From assembly GCA_016186695.1 (NCBI GenBank), contig JACPLC010000005.1:64852-128851 (forward strand): DNA of 64,000 nucleotides, read 5' to 3'. The notes beneath the pieces were generated by a model. That model saw nothing but the letters and a program-made list of their open reading frames with translations. It searched no databases and was not told the DNA's origin. This document shows, one piece after another, positions 57,398 through 64,000 of the stretch (position 1 is its first letter; each line of letters opens with the position of its first letter). Source of the DNA: Candidatus Kaiserbacteria bacterium (GTDB taxonomy: Bacteria > Patescibacteriota > Minisyncoccia > Phycocordibacterales > UBA2100). The translations under genes and the position numbers were made by a program.

Positions 57398-58867
57398 CTA
57401 ACGAAACCGTATCCGCGTGAAGTTGAGTGAATTCAGCGTCCTCCCGACACTGCTCGAGTTGCCCGTTAGAACGGCACCGCTTGTGCTTCCCGATCCGCCT
57501 GCGCCGCCGCTACCAGCCGTAGCCCCGCCGTTGTTTTCGTCACCGAGAGAGCCGCCAATGTCGCCACCGGTGCCGCCGGTACCGCCCGCGCTTCCGAGCC
57601 CGATGTTCTGACCCGTGTGAGAACGAGCCGAGGTCGTGTTGTTAATCATGCCACCATTGCAAACTTTCACCCGTATGCTCCCAGTGAGTGGAGGCGGACA
57701 GACTTCTAATTCAAACGCGCCTATATCACACCCCGGGCCTTGAGGCCGCGTAATACCCCGCTGGTCTGTAGTAACGGTGCAGGAAAGAAGTGGCACGGCA
57801 TCGATGGCAGGGCTTCCCGCAAGAAGTGCGTGCGTTTCTGTCTCGCCGCCATTGTTCTGGAGCGGACCAAGCAGCGGATCCGTGCTATTGAGGTCCCCTG
57901 TACCCCCGAGGGCACACGAGGCGTCGCTTGCTATGTTGTGCCCGAGGGAAGTAATGCCTCCAGCACAGTCGTCGGAGGGAGTTGCTGCTGTGTTTGAACT
58001 GACGATGGAGTTCTCCAGCGTCATGGTGCCCCCGAAGTTCCAGATGCCGCCGCCATTGTCGGTAGCGGTGTTATCGGTGATCGTCGCGTGCGTGATAAGC
58101 ACGGTACCGAACCTGTTGAAGATACCGCCGCCGTTCAGCGCGGTGTTTCCGCTAATAGTGCTGTTAGTAATGGTTATCGTCGGGTCGGCGCCGTAGATGC
58201 CGCCCCCGCGCCCTATCGTGCTGTTGCCGCTCACCGTGCTTCGCGTCAGTGTGAGCGTGCCCGAGCTGAAAATGCCTCCGCCGCCGCCGCTGGTGTTGGA
58301 ACCGAGCAGAATATTGTCGCTGACGGTCGTATCAGTCAGAGTGAGAGTGCCCGTATTCAAAATACCGCCACCGAAATTTTCGCCTGTGTTATCGGTAACG
58401 ATACTCTTAGTCAGCGTTAGAGTGCCTGCATTCAGGACGCCGCCGGCGCCTGCGCCCGCCTCGGGATCGCCGTTTTGGATCGTGACTGCGTCGATCAGGA
58501 CTGTCACCCCAGAGAAAACAGTGAGCACCCTGTCGATGCCGCCTCCGTCTATGATAGTGGTCGCTGCCCCTGCGCCACTCACGGTTAGGTCGTCTGTGAT
58601 GTCCAAGTCGCCGGTCGCATTCAGATCTTCTCCTGTGCCGACGATGCTAAGTGTGTACGTGCCAGCCGGTAGTGTGACGACGTCGGCGCCAGCGAGCGCA
58701 TTCGCTGCCCCTATTGCTTCCCGCAGAGAGCAGTCGGCATCACACACACCGTCATTAGTGTCCGCAGTTTTGGTGACGGTGAATGTGGCGGCGAGCGCCG
58801 GCGTGGCGAGCGTTAGCGGCACGAGCGCTACCCCAACAACGATAATCCTAGCAAGCAGAGTTTTCAT
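57398..58867 (-). CDS. CSLREA-domain beta-helix adhesin-like protein with C-terminal NNGGAxAG module
   Basis: DCSLREAI, GGGI repeats, LGPLQNNGG.T.T.AL..GSPAID, DQRG..RP, CDIGAFE. Confidence 0.88.
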   Translation of the reverse strand: MKTLLARIIVVGVALVPLTLATPALAATFTVTKTADTNDGVCDADCSLREAIGAANALAGADVVTLPAGTYTLSIVGTGEDLNATGDLDITDDLTVSGAGAATTIIDGGGIDRVLTVFSGVTVLIDAVTIQNGDPEAGAGAGGVLNAGTLTLTKSIVTDNTGENFGGGILNTGTLTLTDTTVSDNILLGSNTSGGGGGIFSSGTLTLTRSTVSGNSTIGRGGGIYGADPTITITNSTISGNTALNGGGIFNRFGTVLITHATITDNTATDNGGGIWNFGGTMTLENSIVSSNTAATPSDDCAGGITSLGHNIASDASCALGGTGDLNSTDPLLGPLQNNGGETETHALLAGSPAIDAVPLLSCTVTTDQRGITRPQGPGCDIGAFELEVCPPPLTGSIRVKVCNGGMINNTTSARSHTGQNIGLGSAGGTGGTGGDIGGSLGDENNGGATAGSGGAGGSGSTSGAVLTGNSSSVGRTLNSLNFTRIRFR

Positions 58868-58898
58868 AAAGCGTAAGTGTTTTAGTCATAGCGTGTGG

Positions 58899-59570
58899 CT
58901 ATCGGCCGATGCGAACCACGGTGTGGTTCGCTACGTTCGTAGAGAACGAACTCGAAGAGGTCGTGCCGGAGGAAATGCTCCCCTGACTCACGGCCGAGCC
59001 GCCGTTCCCGCCGTTTCCGGCCGATGCGCCTCCGTTGTTGTCGGCGCCGCCGGTGCCGGAAACATCCCCGCCGTTTCCGCCAACGTATCCGTTTCCGCCG
59101 TTCCCTGCGCTTGCGCCTCCGTTGTTGCTAGTGCCGCCACCGAGCGATGCGACGTTGCCTCCGTCGCCAGCATTCCGTCCCGAGCCTCCGCTCCCCGCCG
59201 ATGAGCCGCCGTTGTTGCTTGAGCCGCCGCCGGAGCTGCTGACATCGCCTCCGTTGCCCGCATCATATCCATTGCCGCCATTCCCCGCCGATGAGCCGCC
59301 GTTGTTGCTCGAGCCGCCCGAAGCAGAGCTCGATCCGCCATTTCCGCCGACCTGCCCGCTTCCGCCACTGCCCGCAGAACTTCCTCCATTGTTCCCTGAA
59401 CCGAACGCGGAGAACAAGCTACTGCCCGAGGTGCGCTCAAGCCGTTCGCTCTGCACACGGATCATCGCCGCCTCGGCGAAGTACGGCAGTGTTATGAAAA
59501 CAACCGCAGAGACGAGCACCCCGATCGCAAGTCCGAGGACGGCAATTTCTTTCTTTTCCAGAAATTTCAT
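58899..59570 (-). CDS. Secreted Gly-rich protein with five NNGG(S/A)SAG repeats
   Basis: About 28-aa tandem repeats; ends TNVANHTVVRIGR. Confidence 0.8.
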   Translation of the reverse strand: MKFLEKKEIAVLGLAIGVLVSAVVFITLPYFAEAAMIRVQSERLERTSGSSLFSAFGSGNNGGSSAGSGGSGQVGGNGGSSSASGGSSNNGGSSAGNGGNGYDAGNGGDVSSSGGGSSNNGGSSAGSGGSGRNAGDGGNVASLGGGTSNNGGASAGNGGNGYVGGNGGDVSGTGGADNNGGASAGNGGNGGSAVSQGSISSGTTSSSSFSTNVANHTVVRIGR

Positions 59571-59600
59571 ACGTGACGTTACTAATTAATAATTACTGGC

Positions 59601-62600
59601 CTAATTTCCAAAAAACCAGCCGCCGATAGTGCTTACGTTGAAACGGCCGGCGCCACGCGAGTTCGTACTGTCTTCCTTCTTTGGCTCCTTCTTGGCCGTC
59701 GGTTTAGGTTTCGCTGCAGCCGCAGGCTTCTTGGGAGCCGGAGTTGACACCGACTCGGGAGCTACAGCGACAGGCGCCTGCGCCGCAGCGACAGGTTCCG
59801 AAACAGGAGCTGCGCCGCCGCAGTAGACCGCATTGATCTTTTTCAGCGTCGAAGCGTACACACTGCCGGTGCCGCGTGTGAGTCCGAAGGGGGCGAGAAC
59901 CTCGCTCGTGTGTTTTTCCTGGAATGTGCTGACTGCTGCTGCCGTCAGCGCACCATAGAAGCCGGATATCGGAAGATTCGAGCCGACATCGAAGTTCAGA
60001 AATGCTTGCAGCTTTTTGACCTCAAGCGTATTCGTCGAACCACGGCGCAGGTATGTGGATAGAAGCGGGCTACATGCCGCTGCTGCTGCGGGAGGCGGCG
60101 TCGCTGCCGTTGCCGTTGAAGCCCCCAAGACTTTTCCTTCGGCAAAGGTCACGTCTCCCCACCCTTCTGCAGGCGGCATTTTGCTTACCATCGGCGCAAA
60201 TGTCGTTTCGTTGCGCTGACCCGTGATGCGTCCGACGTTACGATAGGTGCCGGGCTTGGTTTTGAGGGCATCGAATTCCACCGTGTAGGTAAGGGTTACC
60301 TGATCTCCGGCTTCAAGAGCGCCAAGTTTCCAGCTGCGCGTGCTAAGCGGCCTGTTCCAGGGGTCATAGAGAATATCGGAAAGAGTCGTGTGGTATGCAG
60401 GTCGGGCCCACTTGTCGTTCGTCACGACCACTTTGTAGTCGATAAGGATAGAAGAAGCTGTGGTGCTCGCCGAGAGTGTTGCACTCTTCGAAACTGTTAT
60501 TTTGGGATCGACATTGGGGTCTGCTGTGGAGATCCCCGGTGTCGATGTCGCAAAAACGAAGACAACAGGAACCGGGCCGCCGCTCGAAGAGCCGGCGGTT
60601 GTCGGAAGGCCTCCGCCTCCACCACCTCCGCCGCCCCCACCACCACCGCTCGAAGACCCTGAGCTTGTCGAAGGGCTACCACCGCCCCCGCCTCCGCCTC
60701 CGCCCCCGCCCGAGGAACTGGAACCAGAGGAATCCCCTCCGCCGCCGCCTCCACCAGAAGATCCTGAGGAAGATGAATCCCCTCCGCCGCCGCCACCGCC
60801 CGAGGAATTGGAATCCGAGGAACCGCCTCCTCCGCCGCTTCCACCAGAGGATGAATCGGTTGATCCTCCGGGAGAGCCCGAACCAGAGTCGCCACTGCCC
60901 GAGGAGCCTCCCTCACTTCCGGTATTTGAACTTGTGCCGATGACATTGACCGTCACGGTGCTCGTGTTGTCACTCTCATTTTGATCATGCTCCGCGCCCA
61001 CGACCCTCACGTTCATTGAAACGGGCACGGTTGCTCCTTGAGAGAGACCCAAAAGACGCACGGGGCCTTTTGCGGAGTATGCACGCGTCTCCCCTGGCAA
61101 AAGGGTCCCGAGATTCCATTTGATGCCTGTCTCCGTTTCAAGAGCACCGCTCGACACTTGCGAAAGAGAGAGCTGGCTCCTGTCGTACGTTGCGTGCAGG
61201 GCGACGTTGCTTGCGGCTTTGTCACCGTTATTCCGAACGGTGAACTGATACTGCACTTCTGAATTTGGCTGAGAGGTCGTCGGACTCACGCTCGCGGAGA
61301 CCGAGAGATCCGGATTACTGCCTCCGAAGTTAATGTTGCCGTTCCAGTCTCCGTAGATGTTGAAAATACCGAGGACCCAGTTTCGGTTCACGATGTTGGT
61401 GTTCACCATGTTGATGACGTTGGCCGTCGCGAACGCATCACCCGAGCGCACCGAAGCGATACCGTCCTCCACCGCACCTGTGTTATTACCCGTTTCCGCG
61501 ATGACCTCCACATCGGTCTGCACCTTTGCAAGGTTCGTCGATGAAGCGAGGAACGACGACGAGTTCAGGATGCCCGTCGAGCCCGAGGTGCGCTGTCTCG
61601 GGCCGGAAACGATCTCAAACCCGTAGTCCGTCTCGTGCGCCGTAAGTTCGCGCGGCAGGCCGACGACCGAACCGTTCCAATTACCCCACACGCGAAAGAT
61701 GAAATGCACAGAAGCTCCGCCCACCCTTGTTTGGTTCGCCGAGGTATAGCTCTTCGAAGAAGATCGCGCGAGGCCGGTTACCACCTCCCCGTGTCCGAGC
61801 GCAGTCGAGCTCGCCGTGTTGCCGCCGGTCACCGCGCGTGCGGTCGTCGTCCCGAAGAAGTCCTCGTCATTCGTATTGTCGACGACGAAGGAACTCGAGT
61901 TCATGGTCGGCAGTGAAGAGGTCCCGTTCAAAAGCGCGCCGAAGAATTTCTCGTCGGGAAGAACGATGTCTTCCTGCAGGTCGCCGAAGCTGCTCGCCGA
62001 AACGAGGAGGTAGCTCGAGTTGATGAAGTTGGTGTTCACGAGGTTCAAGACGTTGGCAGAGGCATACGCGCTCCCGGTATCGATCACGGCGTCCCCGGCA
62101 TCAGTCGAGGTCGCCGAGTTCGCGCCTGTCGTTGCACGTACCAATACTTTGTTCGTTACGGTTGCGGTGTTGTTGTTGAGAATATCCAAATCGGCGCTGT
62201 TGAGACACGTGAGAATCGTACAGCCGAGCTCTGTGGGGCTATTCCCCGGACCCTGCTCAGAGAAGTATGAAAGATCAAAATCCCGCAGATCCAGTCGATC
62301 TCCCGTCGAAGAATTGAGGAAGAGCACAAGTCCGTCGGAGTTGAAAAGGTTGGTATTCACGACGTTTGTGACCTCGGCAGTGGCTATCGCCTTGCCCGTG
62401 GCGATCAGCGCTGTGCCGCCGGTACCACCCGTAGCTTGGTTTTCCCCCGTAAACGCTCGGGCTTGTCCATCGGTCGTAAGCTCGGCATCGTTCGTGGCGG
62501 AAGAGGTGATGTGAGAGCTGTTTGTTTTCCCCGGCGCGTCTACGTTCGTGCGTGTGATGTTCAAGACGTTGTGAACCGTCGTCGTTGCCGTCGCATCTCC

Positions 62601-63266
62601 TGTCAATACCGTCCCGCCGATCTTCGCACCCGTGCCGTCACCGGAGACTGCCGACCTGAAGACAGGCTCGTCGGGTGCTGCCGCCTCGGTCGTTGTTGCA
62701 CTGACGTCGATGATCGGCTTATCGGGATTTGGCGGCTTCGCGGTCCCCACATTGGTAAAGTCGGTATTGTCCGTGCCACTCTCCTCCGGCGCTACATCCC
62801 CCGAACTCGTCGAAGAAGTGGACGAAGCAGAAGGATCTCCCGCGTCTGTTGCGGTCGTACCCGGCCCGCTTGCCGCGAACAAGCTCGGCTCCGGCGCACT
62901 CGAACCCGACTCTACTTGAGAGGATGACTCTGATGGAGGAGGTGGCGCTGGCGACTCTTCCGGAGCCGGCTCTGCGGGCGTTCCCGTCTCGGTAGAGGTT
63001 TCGCTCGTCCCCGCGGTCCGGTCGCGCTCCGCCCGTGGGCTCGTGGGATCTGTTGATGTTGCTTCCTGCGCAAAGGCGCTCGGTATCGGCGTGATGCCGA
63101 CGACAAGCGCCACCATCACCGTAAGTGATAGTGTGCGCATGATGGATATTGACCCCGTTAGAGAACCAGTCCCGTAAAAGAGATTCAGCCGTCCCGAATA
63201 CGCCGTTCGATACGGGAAGGCACCCAAGCGCCGTTTCTCTAACGGGGTTGACATCTTCTTATCCAT
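59601..63266 (-). CDS. Large surface protein: TGxN/TGxA repeats, DUF11-like Ig domains, peptidoglycan-binding-like C-terminus
   Basis: TG.A.A...V.N.VNTN repeats; DLSVS...Y.FTVRN.G; VKKLQAFLN...G.YG.LT..AV..FQ; alternative start at 63140. Confidence 0.8.
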   Translation of the reverse strand: MDKKMSTPLEKRRLGAFPYRTAYSGRLNLFYGTGSLTGSISIMRTLSLTVMVALVVGITPIPSAFAQEATSTDPTSPRAERDRTAGTSETSTETGTPAEPAPEESPAPPPPSESSSQVESGSSAPEPSLFAASGPGTTATDAGDPSASSTSSTSSGDVAPEESGTDNTDFTNVGTAKPPNPDKPIIDVSATTTEAAAPDEPVFRSAVSGDGTGAKIGGTVLTGDATATTTVHNVLNITRTNVDAPGKTNSSHITSSATNDAELTTDGQARAFTGENQATGGTGGTALIATGKAIATAEVTNVVNTNLFNSDGLVLFLNSSTGDRLDLRDFDLSYFSEQGPGNSPTELGCTILTCLNSADLDILNNNTATVTNKVLVRATTGANSATSTDAGDAVIDTGSAYASANVLNLVNTNFINSSYLLVSASSFGDLQEDIVLPDEKFFGALLNGTSSLPTMNSSSFVVDNTNDEDFFGTTTARAVTGGNTASSTALGHGEVVTGLARSSSKSYTSANQTRVGGASVHFIFRVWGNWNGSVVGLPRELTAHETDYGFEIVSGPRQRTSGSTGILNSSSFLASSTNLAKVQTDVEVIAETGNNTGAVEDGIASVRSGDAFATANVINMVNTNIVNRNWVLGIFNIYGDWNGNINFGGSNPDLSVSASVSPTTSQPNSEVQYQFTVRNNGDKAASNVALHATYDRSQLSLSQVSSGALETETGIKWNLGTLLPGETRAYSAKGPVRLLGLSQGATVPVSMNVRVVGAEHDQNESDNTSTVTVNVIGTSSNTGSEGGSSGSGDSGSGSPGGSTDSSSGGSGGGGGSSDSNSSGGGGGGGDSSSSGSSGGGGGGGDSSGSSSSGGGGGGGGGGGSPSTSSGSSSGGGGGGGGGGGGGLPTTAGSSSGGPVPVVFVFATSTPGISTADPNVDPKITVSKSATLSASTTASSILIDYKVVVTNDKWARPAYHTTLSDILYDPWNRPLSTRSWKLGALEAGDQVTLTYTVEFDALKTKPGTYRNVGRITGQRNETTFAPMVSKMPPAEGWGDVTFAEGKVLGASTATAATPPPAAAAACSPLLSTYLRRGSTNTLEVKKLQAFLNFDVGSNLPISGFYGALTAAAVSTFQEKHTSEVLAPFGLTRGTGSVYASTLKKINAVYCGGAAPVSEPVAAAQAPVAVAPESVSTPAPKKPAAAAKPKPTAKKEPKKEDSTNSRGAGRFNVSTIGGWFFGN
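63145..63255. repeat. 111-bp MITE-like element with inverted ends
   Basis: ACCCCGTTAGAGAA (63152) and TTCTCTAACGGGGT (63235). Confidence 0.7.
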
Positions 63267-63430
63267 GTTTTCTTCTCTGAGGCCTCGAATTTTTACCACT
63301 CATATCCATGGTGGTCAAGACCTCATGAGAAGGAGGGACCGTCGGCGGAATCCGATGCATCGAGTCGAACTGCGTTCGGTCCCTTTCTTCTCTCGTTCAG
63401 ATGTTTCCAAGTCAGAACGACAGCTCACGA

Positions 63431-64000
63431 CTACAAGCGAACACGAATAATGGTCGTGTTCAGGAGGTTGATCGTGCCGGAAGTCGAGCTTGCAGCGCCC
63501 GTGTGGATTTCTCCACCGAGGCCGCCAGCGCCGCCTGAGCCACCAGTACCAGCCGATGCACCACCGTTGTTTTCGCTGCCACCTGCGCCGTCAATGTCGC
63601 CACCGACGCCGCCAGTGCCACCGATGCTTCCGTCCGCGAGGTTCTGGCCAGAGCGACCGCGAGCCTGCGTTACGTTGTTGATGGCGTTGTCGTCATCGTC
63701 GTTGTCAGTCGTGACATCAAGAGTGACGCTGTTTATGTCGCCACAGTCACAAGTGAATTCGACGTCGACATCCGTGCCGTTGAGGCTGTTCTCCGTGCCG
63801 GCGTCAGCCGAGGCGTCGCCCGTTTGCACGAAGCCGCCTGCGCCGCCGTTGCCGCCGTTTCCACCGTTTCCGGCAGAAGCGCCGCCGTTGTTCTCACTGC
63901 CACCGCCACCGTTGACGTTGCCGCCGTTGCCGCCGTTGCCGCCAATGCTTCCGAGCGCAACGTTCTCCCCTGTGTGAGAGTCAGCCTGCGTCAGGTTATT
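63431..64000 (-). CDS. Partial Gly-rich protein with at least two NNGGAxAG modules (5' end outside window)
   Basis: Frame open to 64000; modules end NGTDVDVEF and NTTIIRVRL. Confidence 0.8.
   Translation of the reverse strand, partial: NNLTQADSHTGENVALGSIGGNGGNGGNVNGGGGSENNGGASAGNGGNGGNGGAGGFVQTGDASADAGTENSLNGTDVDVEFTCDCGDINSVTLDVTTDNDDDDNAINNVTQARGRSGQNLADGSIGGTGGVGGDIDGAGGSENNGGASAGTGGSGGAGGLGGEIHTGAASSTSGTINLLNTTIIRVRL

Overview
Gene-dense bacterial chromosomal window. The gene content and style (SWIB protein, PpsA, many secreted low-complexity proteins, mostly Shine-Dalgarno-free starts directly behind -10 boxes, dispersed short palindromes) suggest a Patescibacteria/CPR (Parcubacteria-like) organism; this is inference only. 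Layout: (1) 1-22.6 kb, housekeeping and membrane genes, starting with a phage-terminase-small-subunit-like ORF missed by the ORF track; (2) 22.6-42.6 kb, a nucleotide/one-carbon block (purB,C,M,E,Q,L; URC1-like cyclohydrolase; trpF-like+ribA+deaminase operon; folA; RAYT transposase; dcd, thyA, tmk, glyA), plus an isolated purH N-terminal domain at 18.5 kb; (3) 43-64 kb, cell-surface genes. Best candidates for new biology: a multi-gene family of secreted proteins sharing a Gly-rich NNGGAxAG module ending in acidic or basic terminal strands (possible new fibre system); a duplicated 48-nt structured leader plus terminator in front of two surface genes (candidate riboswitch); a TrpF-like/RibA operon beside folA (possible FolE-independent pterin route); and several palindrome or heptamer repeat families inserted in-frame in housekeeping genes. 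No rRNA, tRNA or CRISPR array was recognised. All family calls are by eye; no searches were run.
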